A stretch of 64,000 bases of DNA from a virus (taxonomy: Duplodnaviria; Caudoviricetes). Shown piece by piece: positions 47,865 through 57,602 of the stretch. The translations under genes and the position numbers were made by a program. The stretch is taken from IMG/VR virus record IMGVR_UViG_3300026311_000016, positions 5,615 to 69,614 of that record, one strand, 5' to 3'. The notes under the pieces are model-generated. The model saw nothing but the letters and a program-made list of their open reading frames with translations. It had not been told where the DNA came from and did no database searches. Position 1 is the stretch's first letter. Each line of letters starts with the position of its first letter.

Positions 47865-48125
47865 ATGGATGACGAATCATTGGCAGCATTAGATGCAACG
47901 GTCCAGCAGATGAGTGAAGCTGAGTATAATTCTTACATAAAGGGATACAATGATACTCTAACTGAGAGATATAAACACTTCCATCTGAAACATATCATTA
48001 GGAATATGCTACGAGGTAAGATATTCTGTGCCACTTGTAACAAGTTCATGTTCAAGAGTAAGGTACGGGATTTCCGTAAAGGATTCTGTTCAGTTGAATG
48101 TAGAGATAATTATTTACCATTTTAA
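47865..48125 (+). CDS. Cys-motif hypothetical protein
   Basis: CATC ... FCSVEC. Confidence 0.5.
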   Translation: MDDESLAALDATVQQMSEAEYNSYIKGYNDTLTERYKHFHLKHIIRNMLRGKIFCATCNKFMFKSKVRDFRKGFCSVECRDNYLPF

Positions 48126-48139
48126 AAAGGAGCTAACAA

Positions 48140-48616
48140 ATGAGTAAACCAATTAAGATTAACCTAAATGAATACGAACGTGTACCAACCATCGACGACC
48201 TGGAAGGGTATCAGTCAGTGATACTCATACCTATGATGTTAAAGGATGGGACACAACCGCCAACACTATTCTTTCGTAAGGGAAAGAAGAAAGAACCGTT
48301 GGTATCAGATGTAACAGGTCTTGTCTGGAATAAAGACATATGTATTGATAACAAAGTATCAGAGGATCAGTATATTAAGTTAGTAGATTGGTGGTTCAGT
48401 GAAGCTATCAAGGATGTGGAGTACAGAAAACTTATCAATGATACATTTTTTAAGAATGGGTTTGATCCTAAGATCACATGGGACAGTGCTCAGGCGTGGT
48501 TGAAGACATGTACCCCATCAGAACGTAAGACTCATCTACATAAGTTTATTATGACAAAGATGAGGAAGAATTATCAGAAAGTGATTAATGGGATTAACAG
48601 GAGTAAGAGGAAATGA
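48140..48616 (+). CDS. hypothetical protein, possible replication organiser/loader
   Basis: C-terminal AWL...PSERKT...KFI resembles phage replisome-organiser tails; lies between polymerase and helicase. Confidence 0.35.
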   Translation: MSKPIKINLNEYERVPTIDDLEGYQSVILIPMMLKDGTQPPTLFFRKGKKKEPLVSDVTGLVWNKDICIDNKVSEDQYIKLVDWWFSEAIKDVEYRKLINDTFFKNGFDPKITWDSAQAWLKTCTPSERKTHLHKFIMTKMRKNYQKVINGINRSKRK

Positions 48617-48813
48617 GTGAGCTTACACTAAGGGAGGTTTGTGAATTAACTATAAATGATTGTGATGGGTGTGATAATAAAATAGGTACGCCATGTAAGG
48701 TTACGTTTGATTTGTATAAGTGTGCTAAACGTCAACTTGGAGATTTAATAGCTGATGGAAACTATGTGGCAGCAATCGAACTCTACAACCAGATACGGGA
48801 GAAGTTAAAATGA
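48613..48813 (+). CDS. hypothetical protein
   Basis: ATGA overlaps. Confidence 0.45.
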   Translation: MSELTLREVCELTINDCDGCDNKIGTPCKVTFDLYKCAKRQLGDLIADGNYVAAIELYNQIREKLK

Positions 48814-49058
48814 AAGATACTATTGATGTAAATAAAATAGAAGTAGGTGATATGGTCGAGTTTTGTGCAGAGAATGTGTGTGAAGCTGCTATTAAATGGA
48901 ATGGTTCTGACGACCCATCTAAATTATTGATGGATGGTTCCATGTATAAGATTTATAGCATAAGTCTTCACTCATGGAGTTGTACCATTCAACTTGAAGG
49001 TGTTCAAGGTAAGTTTGCGTCAGTGTTTTTTGTGCTACCGGTGGGGGTGGAGAAATGA
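48810..49058 (+). CDS. hypothetical protein
   Basis: ATGA overlaps. Confidence 0.45.
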   Translation: MKDTIDVNKIEVGDMVEFCAENVCEAAIKWNGSDDPSKLLMDGSMYKIYSISLHSWSCTIQLEGVQGKFASVFFVLPVGVEK

Positions 49059-49423
49059 ATCTATTTACATACAGAGGGAAACGTTTAGACAATGGTAAGT
49101 GGACTTATGGTGATAAGGTAGCTATACGAAACAGTAAAGGTGTAGAAACTATCGGTATTAAAGACACTATCTACCATGTAAATGATGGTTATTGTAATGT
49201 AATACCTGATGAAATCGACCCCGCAACTCTCGGCGTGTGCTGGGGGATGAAGGATAACAACGGAAAAGATGTTTATACGAAGCAAGAGGTTTTGTATACG
49301 TTTCACAATTACTGCGCATCTGGATATTTTCAGTTTGTAAAAGATAGTTTTGTTTTGATTGATAAAAACGGCAGTCCATCGCTATTTGACGATGGTTCAA
49401 TTGAAATCATCGAGGAGGAGTGA
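49055..49423 (+). CDS. YopX-family protein
   Basis: YRGKR.DNG.W.YG...IDP.TLG...G.KD.NGK.VY. Confidence 0.75.
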   Translation: MNLFTYRGKRLDNGKWTYGDKVAIRNSKGVETIGIKDTIYHVNDGYCNVIPDEIDPATLGVCWGMKDNNGKDVYTKQEVLYTFHNYCASGYFQFVKDSFVLIDKNGSPSLFDDGSIEIIEEE

Positions 49424-51240
49424 ATGACTATATGAACATCTCAGATTTCCGTAACGTAGAGATAATAAAAAACTCTATCAGTAATCGAGGTAATATAGTT
49501 GAGTTGCCCCCTGGTAAACACATCTATGAACTTGATTACTATAGTAAAGACGTTATCAATGGGTTTAACTCAGTGTTTTATCATCAGGATAGAGTCAAGG
49601 AGTTTTTTAAAGATACCAGTGATAGGAAACCGTCTTACGATGGGTCGGTATATTCCAATTACTTGATATGGGATTTTGACAACAAAGAGAATGTCGGTGC
49701 TGCAAGGTTAGATACTATAGAGCTAATAGAGAGGCTGATGGCATACACACCAACTAACATTTCAGCATATTTCTCTGGTGGTAAAGGATTCCATGTAGTG
49801 TATGTGTGTCCTGAGTTGGATCAGGTGAAAGTAGATACCTATGAGCATGTGGTCAAAAACGTATGTCTGGATTTGGCTAAAGGACTGAAGTCATTAGACT
49901 ATAGGATCTATGATAAGATGAGGGTGATACGTACTCCTAACAGTCGTCATGGCAGTACTAAGCTATTTAAAGTACCTGTCAGTTATAATCAGTTGAAGGA
50001 CATGACTGTTGATGAGATACTGAAGTATGCAGAGAGTCAGCATCAACATAAGATATCACCAGATATGACAATCAATGAGGATCTTCTTAATCTGATCAAG
50101 GACAACTTAGAAGTTAAGGAGGTAAGAAAAGCTAAAACATCATTACCTGAACTAGTAGAGGGGATATACAATGGATTTAGAGAAAATCATAACAGGAATG
50201 ACGGTCTTACTTCTCTGTGTGGTTTATTACATTCTCGTGGTGTTCCTGACGATATTGTACGTGCTCTTGTTTCGATTACCAATGAGCGTAATAAAGTTCC
50301 TCTGCCTGAGTCCGAGGTCAATACTATTTGTAATAGTGTTAGTAGGTATCATAATAGTGATGTTAAGGTAGTACCTGTAGATAAAGATATTGTTACAATG
50401 GAGGATGCTGCTAATGCTTGGTATACTATTCGTACAAATAATAATGAAATATCTTTTGGGAATAGGTTTATCCATTTATCTAAACGGTTAAATATAGCAA
50501 TTCCTGGAGATGTTATTGCAATAGTAGCATCGAGTGGTGTAGGTAAGACTGGATTAGCTTTAGATATATGTAATAATGAAGCTAAAGAAAAAGGGATGTA
50601 TGGATTATTTGCATCGCTTGAAATGAGTAAAGCTGGTTTATTCTTTAGAGCAGCAACAATGGAGTCTCCAGAACTAACAATTGATCATAGGGTTCCGACA
50701 TCTGAAGTTACGAGTGAACTGTTAAAACCTATGTCGTCTTTAAAAGAAAAGGTGTTGCGTGAATGGAACAATTTGCTTATAATAGATAAAGGAGGAATTT
50801 CAATAGAAGCAATAGTAAAATATTTTCATTTAGCTCAAGAAATGACAGAAGGGAAAATAAGTAATCTGGTTATAGATTACACACAAAATCTTGATAAAGC
50901 AGAAGATGTTAAATACTCTATGACTTTAGCAAGAGAATTAAAAGATGTAGCTAAAGAGTTGAATACATTATTGTTTCCTTTAATGCAAACTAATAAGGAA
51001 TATCGCAATGAGTATGCTCGTGTTGAGAAACACCATATTGAGGGTGTGGGGGCTTTCTATCAAGCATGTGATTTTATTTTGACCTTTTGGAAAAGTTCGG
51101 ATGAGATCAATAGATTACATGCTGAATTATTAAAGGATCGTTGGAATGGGACTGGTTATATGTTTGACATTATAAGAACCGGTTTAAAATATCATACTGA
51201 AACATATAAGCCAGATGTAAATAACACAGGAGGACTATGA
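49420..51240 (+). CDS. primase-helicase (AEP primase/PrimPol, PriCT, DnaB-like helicase)
   Basis: WDFD, SGGKGFH, RNDGL...G, ASSGVGKT, SLEM, VIDY, LMQ. Confidence 0.88.
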   Translation: MNDYMNISDFRNVEIIKNSISNRGNIVELPPGKHIYELDYYSKDVINGFNSVFYHQDRVKEFFKDTSDRKPSYDGSVYSNYLIWDFDNKENVGAARLDTIELIERLMAYTPTNISAYFSGGKGFHVVYVCPELDQVKVDTYEHVVKNVCLDLAKGLKSLDYRIYDKMRVIRTPNSRHGSTKLFKVPVSYNQLKDMTVDEILKYAESQHQHKISPDMTINEDLLNLIKDNLEVKEVRKAKTSLPELVEGIYNGFRENHNRNDGLTSLCGLLHSRGVPDDIVRALVSITNERNKVPLPESEVNTICNSVSRYHNSDVKVVPVDKDIVTMEDAANAWYTIRTNNNEISFGNRFIHLSKRLNIAIPGDVIAIVASSGVGKTGLALDICNNEAKEKGMYGLFASLEMSKAGLFFRAATMESPELTIDHRVPTSEVTSELLKPMSSLKEKVLREWNNLLIIDKGGISIEAIVKYFHLAQEMTEGKISNLVIDYTQNLDKAEDVKYSMTLARELKDVAKELNTLLFPLMQTNKEYRNEYARVEKHHIEGVGAFYQACDFILTFWKSSDEINRLHAELLKDRWNGTGYMFDIIRTGLKYHTETYKPDVNNTGGL

Positions 51241-51461
51241 TGGGAAAATACTTAAAAGTTGATAGTGAGCCTGAACTAATAGTTCAAGAAGTAGAAGAAT
51301 TTATGAATGAAAGAAAAGTACAAATAAGCGTTGGAGTCAACGATTCTTTAATTATTTCAATAGACAAAACTGAGGGTTTGTTAGTAGACATTGAAACTGG
51401 AGAAGAAGTTAGAGAATTTCCAAGACATTTTGAATCCGAACGTATAAGGGTGGGTGAATGA
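51237..51461 (+). CDS. hypothetical protein
   Basis: ATGA overlap, RBS. Confidence 0.5.
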   Translation: MMGKYLKVDSEPELIVQEVEEFMNERKVQISVGVNDSLIISIDKTEGLLVDIETGEEVREFPRHFESERIRVGE

Positions 51462-51694
51462 TGCAGCAAATTTATTTAACAAGACGTAACTTAGAAACAC
51501 TGTTATCCAAATTGGATAGAGCTAAAAGAGGAGAATTAACAGGTTGCACCATAACTAAGTTAGATTTCATCCACCCAAAGTATCCTCTATCTATTATAGA
51601 CGGTGTAGCTATAACAGCAGTGGAAGACGAGGACTACTACACTGATAGAGTACCCGGGGAAGTATTTTATAAAGATGAACCGAAGCAACAGTAA
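51458..51694 (+). CDS. hypothetical protein
   Basis: LTRRNLETLLSKLDR motif. Confidence 0.55.
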   Translation: MMQQIYLTRRNLETLLSKLDRAKRGELTGCTITKLDFIHPKYPLSIIDGVAITAVEDEDYYTDRVPGEVFYKDEPKQQ

Positions 51695-51970
51695 AAGTTA
51701 CTAATTACAACAAGGATGAACTCACAACCATTATCAAAGGGTTACATTATGTCTATTAATACGTTCGTATGTAAGAGCTGTCTTATTCCGTGTAAAATAT
51801 TTACATCTTCATCTAACCCTACGTGTCCTTTCGCTCTTCAGACTATCCAACACTGGCAATTGGAGTCAACTGAAGTGGTGGACTCTAACATACGCCAAAT
51901 ATATTAACCAATAATCGTTTCTATCAAATGATAACCAGTGAGGGATTATTGTATTTTTTTTATTTAACGC

Positions 51971-51999
51971 TTAACTTCTATACGGAAATATATTATATT
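51971..51999 (+). promoter_or_regulatory. sigma70-like promoter, TCTATA-spacer class
   Basis: TTAACT-tctatacggaaatatat(17)-TATATT. Confidence 0.6.
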
Positions 52000-52037
52000 A
52001 CATTAACCTCTTTAAAGGAGAATGATTGGAGAATTAA

Positions 52038-52256
52038 ATGACAGTCAAAAAACAATGTGTGACGTGTAAAACTGTTTATGAGGCTGATACTTATGAAGGA
52101 TTAAAACAATACTTCTATGTTAAACAGGATTGGCTTCGTAATGAGTGTATTGAATGTGAGAAGGAGGACCATCGGAAGAAGTATGCCGATGGAAAGTATA
52201 ACTATCGTAAAAGAGATGATGTATATAAAAAGAACTATAGGTTTGGTTGTTTTTGA
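52038..52256 (+). CDS. zinc-finger protein
   Basis: CVTC ... F ... CIEC. Confidence 0.55.
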   Translation: MTVKKQCVTCKTVYEADTYEGLKQYFYVKQDWLRNECIECEKEDHRKKYADGKYNYRKRDDVYKKNYRFGCF

Positions 52257-52459
52257 AAGGAGATAAGATTATGGGTGATATTTTAGTTAGATTGTGGTAT
52301 GGGTGGTTTATGATTGGAGTTGTAGTTACACTATTGATTTTTATGTATGTTGTGGACCCATACAAACAAGGTCAGGTTGATGCACTTACTGGTAACGTTA
52401 AATATGAATTGGTAACACAGGATGATTCAACTAAAGTGTGGAAGGAGATTAAGAAATAA
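52247..52459 (+). CDS. small membrane protein
   Basis: one hydrophobic helix. Confidence 0.5.
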   Translation: MFLKGDKIMGDILVRLWYGWFMIGVVVTLLIFMYVVDPYKQGQVDALTGNVKYELVTQDDSTKVWKEIKK

Positions 52460-53556
52460 TGGATAGACAATATTATAAACATAAGTTATTTAGTTATTTA
52501 GGTGAAGATATGGTAACACATCTAAAAAACAGTAATGCTATTATAGCTGGTGGTGCTATCAGATCTTTAATATGTGACGAAGAGATAAAAGATATTGATA
52601 CATATTTTAGATCTCAATATGATCTAATAAATTTCATGAATGAAGAGAGAATCAAATCAAGTACACATATTAAATCTGTAACTAAACGAAGTATTACTTT
52701 TAGTAAGAATGAATTAACTTGCCAATTAATTTTCTTTAGTTATTATTCTTCACCGGAAGAAATATTTAAAGATTATGATTTTACTGTCTGTATGGGAGCA
52801 TATGATTTTAAAATAAATGATTTTGTTTTTCATGAAGATTTTTTTGTTGATAATGCTACTAAGAAAATAAGTATTAATAAAGGAACAAAATATCCTCTTA
52901 TCAGCATGTTTAGATTGTTTAAATATAAGCAAAAAGGGTATGACTTTCCACAAAAACAGTTACTTGAATTAGCTAAAGCCATAAATAAATTTGATTATAA
53001 TAATGAGGAAATTGTTAAAGATCAGACTCAAGGATTTTATGGTATTGTTGATGATGAGAAACCTCTTAAATGGGAAACTGAAACTCTTGAATATTTTATT
53101 TTAGATAAAATAGAATATTTTGAAAGTGGTAATAAAAAGATAAATTCAATAACTTTGGATGAAATACCAAGTTGTGTATTTGAACAATTTAAAGATAAGA
53201 TGGTAAAAGTAGAATTTAAACCTATTATTGTTTATAAATATGCAAAACGAGAAAGTGAGGGTGTATGGAGTTCTTTTTATAATTCAAATTTTAAATATTT
53301 TGTTAATGAAATAGCAACTCCAAGAAATATTAATAGTTATGGTGCTGGTATCTATTTTACATATATAAAAAATGATAAATATACTACTTATGCAAACCAT
53401 AAAGATGCAGTTCAAATAGCATTAAGAATTGATGATTATAAAGATATTACGGGTACTGATAAAAATCGTAGTAAAAAAGTTTTTGTTTTAGGTGAAGTAG
53501 ATAAAGATGGTAATATTATCACTGTTAATAATGAAGAAATGGAGGAAGTATTTTGA
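52459..53556 (+). CDS. nucleotidyltransferase (CCA/poly(A) polymerase head-like) fused to a C-terminal domain
   Basis: AGGAIRS....IKDIDTY, DFTVCM, RLFKY..KGY. Confidence 0.7.
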   Translation: MDRQYYKHKLFSYLGEDMVTHLKNSNAIIAGGAIRSLICDEEIKDIDTYFRSQYDLINFMNEERIKSSTHIKSVTKRSITFSKNELTCQLIFFSYYSSPEEIFKDYDFTVCMGAYDFKINDFVFHEDFFVDNATKKISINKGTKYPLISMFRLFKYKQKGYDFPQKQLLELAKAINKFDYNNEEIVKDQTQGFYGIVDDEKPLKWETETLEYFILDKIEYFESGNKKINSITLDEIPSCVFEQFKDKMVKVEFKPIIVYKYAKRESEGVWSSFYNSNFKYFVNEIATPRNINSYGAGIYFTYIKNDKYTTYANHKDAVQIALRIDDYKDITGTDKNRSKKVFVLGEVDKDGNIITVNNEEMEEVF

Positions 53557-53978
53557 CAGCAAATACACCACAGTCTCGGAAGCAGAAAGGTAGACTCTTT
53601 CAGCAACAGATAGTTAAAGCTATATTGGATTTCTTCCCTGAATTAACTGAGAATGATGTTAAGTCTACCAGTATGGGTAAACCTGGGTCTGATTTTGAGT
53701 TGAGCGAGAAAGCGTTACGAATGTTAAATATCGAACCTGAATGTAAGTTTCAGGAAAAACTTAATGTTCACAATGCTATGAAACAGGTGATTGACAGATT
53801 GAATAAAAAGAAACCTAAACAATTTAAGAATGTAGATACTATGGTAAAGACAATATTAAAAATACCTGTCTTGTTTTTCAAGAAAAGTTATTCTGAACCT
53901 TATGTATGTATCAGATTGGATGATTTTTTATCTTTACTAAGAAGCAATTACGAACAAACAAAGGACTTTATCGGATGA
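53553..53978 (+). CDS. Holliday junction resolvase (PD-(D/E)XK)
   Basis: SRKQKGRLFQQ, STSMG..GSD, ECKFQE; TTG start. Confidence 0.75.
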   Translation: MTANTPQSRKQKGRLFQQQIVKAILDFFPELTENDVKSTSMGKPGSDFELSEKALRMLNIEPECKFQEKLNVHNAMKQVIDRLNKKKPKQFKNVDTMVKTILKIPVLFFKKSYSEPYVCIRLDDFLSLLRSNYEQTKDFIG

Positions 53979-54754
53979 AATGTTCAAGATGTCAGACGAA
54001 TATGCACAAGAACGGGACCAGGGACGGGAAGCAACGGTGGTTGTGTCCACAGTGTAAGTATGAGATACAGGAGAGAAAGAAATCACTATCATCAAATGTA
54101 CTTTGTATCAGTGATTTACATTTCCCGTATGTTCATCCTAAAGCACTTCGGTTTTGTTCTGATTTATATAAGGAATACAAATGTGATACTGTTGTGTTCC
54201 TTGGAGATCTATTCGATTTCAGTGGAATGTCACTCCATGTTAAAAACCCTAATGGTAAATCTTCCGGTGATGAAGTAAAAGAAGCCAAATGTGTGATAGA
54301 AGAATGGGCGGATGAATTTCCAGAAGCAAAAGTATGCTGGGGTAACCATGAGATGCGCCTTCAGAAAAGGTTTAAAGAGGCAGGAATACCTAATATGTTC
54401 TTACCATCTTTAAATAATGTGTTTAATTTACCTAACGAATGGGAATGGGCTTTTCATCACGAAATAGATAATGTAAGATATATGCACTCTAATAGCAGTG
54501 GAATGTACTTACATGCCAGATTGCCAAAGAATTATATGCAGTCAGTGGTTCATGCTCATACTCATATTACTGGAGCAATTCAGTTTATGTCAACAGATAA
54601 TGATTTGGTGTTTGGTATGAACTGCGGATGTTTGATTGATACTAAGAGCTTTGCGTTTGAATACGCTAAAGATTTCGATACGAGACCAGTATTGGGAACT
54701 GGTGTTGTGTTGGATAATGGTAAAATCCCAATGTTTATTCCGATGGAACTGTGA
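53975..54754 (+). CDS. calcineurin-like metallophosphoesterase with an N-terminal zinc ribbon
   Basis: SDLH, GDLFD, GNHE, HS, HAHTH; CSRC...CPQC. Confidence 0.88.
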   Translation: MKCSRCQTNMHKNGTRDGKQRWLCPQCKYEIQERKKSLSSNVLCISDLHFPYVHPKALRFCSDLYKEYKCDTVVFLGDLFDFSGMSLHVKNPNGKSSGDEVKEAKCVIEEWADEFPEAKVCWGNHEMRLQKRFKEAGIPNMFLPSLNNVFNLPNEWEWAFHHEIDNVRYMHSNSSGMYLHARLPKNYMQSVVHAHTHITGAIQFMSTDNDLVFGMNCGCLIDTKSFAFEYAKDFDTRPVLGTGVVLDNGKIPMFIPMEL

Positions 54755-54855
54755 GATTATAAATTGACAGAATTATTAAAAATATTGGCGGGTATTCACC
54801 TGCACCGGAAAAAGCGAAGCCAATAAATGAAAATAGAACCAGGAAAGAGCCACGC

Positions 54856-56901
54856 ATGAGCTTAGAAAATTTAAAAGAAGAAAAGCAAGACGAATACTGG
54901 CCCGAACCGGAAAAGAAAGCAGTAACCAAACCGGATTACTGGGGGCCGGACAACCCCCATCCGCTTTCAAAAATGCGGACAGAGCTTGTCTGGGAAGGCA
55001 AGTACGATGAATACGGAAACAGAAGAGAAGTCGATATCGCCGGGTGCGCGATGCCGATGCAGAAGATTGAGACTATTGACCAGCCGAGAGCGGAGGCGAT
55101 GCAACAAGGTAAAGCTATTTCGCTCTTTGAAAAATCAACAACCCGGAAAGATGATTTTCGTAATCGACTTATCTGGGGTGACAACAAGCTTGTGATGGCC
55201 AGTCTGTTGAAAGAATTTAAGGGCCAAGTAAATCTGGTTTATATAGACCCTCCATTTGATGTTGGCGCAGATTTTACCATGACTTTGCCGATCGGCGAAG
55301 ATGGTGAGGGTTTAACCAAAGAGCAATCGACCATGGAGATGGTTGCTTATAGGGATATGTGGGGTAAAGGCACTGATTCTTACCTTAATATGATGTACGA
55401 ACGCCTAACTCTTATTTATCAATTATTAGCAGAAAATGGTAGTTTATACCTTCACTGTGATGGGCGAGTTAGTTACTATTTACGGTCATTACTAAATGAG
55501 ATTTTCACGCCGAACCAATTCAAAACTACAGTGGTTTGGTGTTATAAAACTCGCCAATTTTCAAAAAGGCAATGGAACTCAAAACATGACGATATTCTTT
55601 TTATAACGAAAAATGACAACCATACATTCAACTGGGATGTTGATGGTGTAATTGAGCCATACGCTGATGTAACTGTTAAAAAGTATCGTTTACATGATGA
55701 AAATGGATATTACCGACTATGTGGTAGAGGGATACAAGGTAGTCCCATACGTTCGGCAAAAGATGTTGATCCTAAGTGGGAAATATCAAATCCCGAATTA
55801 GTTGTACGTGATTATCTTGGTAAAGGCTATGCACCTAATGATTACTTACTAATTGATATTGAAAACCAAGTATCAAATGATAGAACAGACTATCCAACAC
55901 AAAAACCTACAAAATTAATAGAAAAACTTATTCTTGCCTCTTCCAATGAAGGCGACCTCGTCGCCGACTTCTTCTGCGGCTCTGGCACAACCGGTGCCGT
56001 TGCCGAACGCCTCGGCCGCCGCTGGATAATGGCCGACCTTGGCCGTTTCGCAATTCATACCAGCCGCAAACGCTTAATTGAACTCCAGCGCGAACTCAGT
56101 AGCCAACAAAAGCCCTACCGCGCCTTCGATGTCTACAATCTTGGCCGCTACGAACGCCAATGGTGGCAAAAAGAAACCTTAAAAGGGGCCGACGAGGAAC
56201 ATCGCCGTGTTGTTCTCGAGTTTTTCCGGGCCGAAATCATCAATCCTACCAGCGCACCTTCCCCTCTTCTTCACGGTCGCAAAGGCCCTGCTTTCTGCCA
56301 TGTCGATTCAATAGATTCCATCTTCACCCGTGATGAAGCCCGTGCCGTAGCAGAAGCAACCTCAAAGGCTGGTGGAAGGGAATGTTATTGCTTATCGTGG
56401 GAATTTGAAATGGATTTGACGCTCACAACCGCTGCGCTCGAACGAGAATACGGAGTTAAGCTTAAACTTATTCGGATTCCACGCGAAATAATGGAGAAAA
56501 ACCGTAAATCACCTCCCCCATTCCTGGAAATGGCTGTCCTCGAAGCAGAACCTGTTTTACGGAAAATCAGTGGTGAATCACAGAAGCGGGTTGATATAAA
56601 GCTCACCAAATTCATGCCTTCACTTGCCGAAGTACCGAGCAAAGAACTTGAAGCGCTCAAGGAACGGGCAATAAAGAGCGGCATGGATTTCATTGATTTC
56701 TGGGCGATTGATTTTGACTGGCACCCGGAAAAGCCGTTCAATCACCACTGGCAAGATTACCGGACACGAAAAGACCGCACGCTCAAAACCGTAAGCGATG
56801 CCGGATATCTTTATCCAAAAGCCGGCGCATACACCGCCTGTGTAAAAGTGGTTGATACTTTCGGTTGCGATACGAGCATTACCGTGGAGATAAAAATATG
56901 A
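54856..56901 (+). CDS. orphan type III Mod-like adenine DNA methyltransferase
   Basis: WEGKYDEYG N-terminus, IDPPF, YPTQKP, DFFCGSGTT (beta class); GC-rich relative to the phage; no res gene. Confidence 0.9.
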   Translation: MSLENLKEEKQDEYWPEPEKKAVTKPDYWGPDNPHPLSKMRTELVWEGKYDEYGNRREVDIAGCAMPMQKIETIDQPRAEAMQQGKAISLFEKSTTRKDDFRNRLIWGDNKLVMASLLKEFKGQVNLVYIDPPFDVGADFTMTLPIGEDGEGLTKEQSTMEMVAYRDMWGKGTDSYLNMMYERLTLIYQLLAENGSLYLHCDGRVSYYLRSLLNEIFTPNQFKTTVVWCYKTRQFSKRQWNSKHDDILFITKNDNHTFNWDVDGVIEPYADVTVKKYRLHDENGYYRLCGRGIQGSPIRSAKDVDPKWEISNPELVVRDYLGKGYAPNDYLLIDIENQVSNDRTDYPTQKPTKLIEKLILASSNEGDLVADFFCGSGTTGAVAERLGRRWIMADLGRFAIHTSRKRLIELQRELSSQQKPYRAFDVYNLGRYERQWWQKETLKGADEEHRRVVLEFFRAEIINPTSAPSPLLHGRKGPAFCHVDSIDSIFTRDEARAVAEATSKAGGRECYCLSWEFEMDLTLTTAALEREYGVKLKLIRIPREIMEKNRKSPPPFLEMAVLEAEPVLRKISGESQKRVDIKLTKFMPSLAEVPSKELEALKERAIKSGMDFIDFWAIDFDWHPEKPFNHHWQDYRTRKDRTLKTVSDAGYLYPKAGAYTACVKVVDTFGCDTSITVEIKI

Positions 56902-57003
56902 ACCAGCCGGAAATAGATTTTATTGAATTTATAGGAGAACATATCCATCAATCTTTATGTTGTCATCAATGGAATGAAAGACTGACTGAAAAGGAGATTA
57001 AAG

Positions 57004-57243
57004 ATGAGTGATAATTGTGTTTTAGAACATTATCATCTTGATAGAATGTATGTTAGAAATTATTGTGAGTTGATGTATATCCCAAGTCTTTTTGATCCCG
57101 ATGTATCATTTAAGGATCTTAATGAAGGAATAGAGAAAGCTGAAGAAGAATTTGAGAAAATTGTTAACGATCCAGAAAAAATGAAAGAGGTAATTGGTGT
57201 GTATTATACTTTTTTAAACGAGAAGGAGAGGAGTAAGATATGA
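57004..57243 (+). CDS. hypothetical protein
   Basis: RBS AAGGAG. Confidence 0.5.
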   Translation: MSDNCVLEHYHLDRMYVRNYCELMYIPSLFDPDVSFKDLNEGIEKAEEEFEKIVNDPEKMKEVIGVYYTFLNEKERSKI

Positions 57244-57602
57244 AAACCTTTGACGAAGTAAGACGGATGTGTGCTGATCTATATGATAGAGAACCCTGTG
57301 GTGGCTCGTTACATATAGTTCTTGATGATGGTAATCTGGATGATGAAGATATAGCATATTGTTATGGTTGTGCTAAGGAAGAAGAAGATGAATTAGCTGT
57401 AGAGATATGTGAGTGCTTGCTTTCGTGGAGTGAAGAAATGAGACAGCAGTTGTATGAATCATATCCATACGACAAACCAATATTATTCTCTTATAAAGGC
57501 AAGTCTAATTATGCTTTAGATAGAGATGAACTATATGAGGTAGTTATGTTACTAATAAAAGATTCTATTAAAAACAATAGTGAATTATGGAGGCCTTTAT
57601 GA
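57240..57602 (+). CDS. hypothetical protein
   Basis: GGSLHIVLDDGN motif. Confidence 0.55.
   Translation: MKTFDEVRRMCADLYDREPCGGSLHIVLDDGNLDDEDIAYCYGCAKEEEDELAVEICECLLSWSEEMRQQLYESYPYDKPILFSYKGKSNYALDRDELYEVVMLLIKDSIKNNSELWRPL

Noticed and set aside
54755-56940. TATAAATT/AATTTATA as terminal inverted repeats of an element carrying mod
   Set aside because: Only 8 AT-only bases, expected by chance; no transposase
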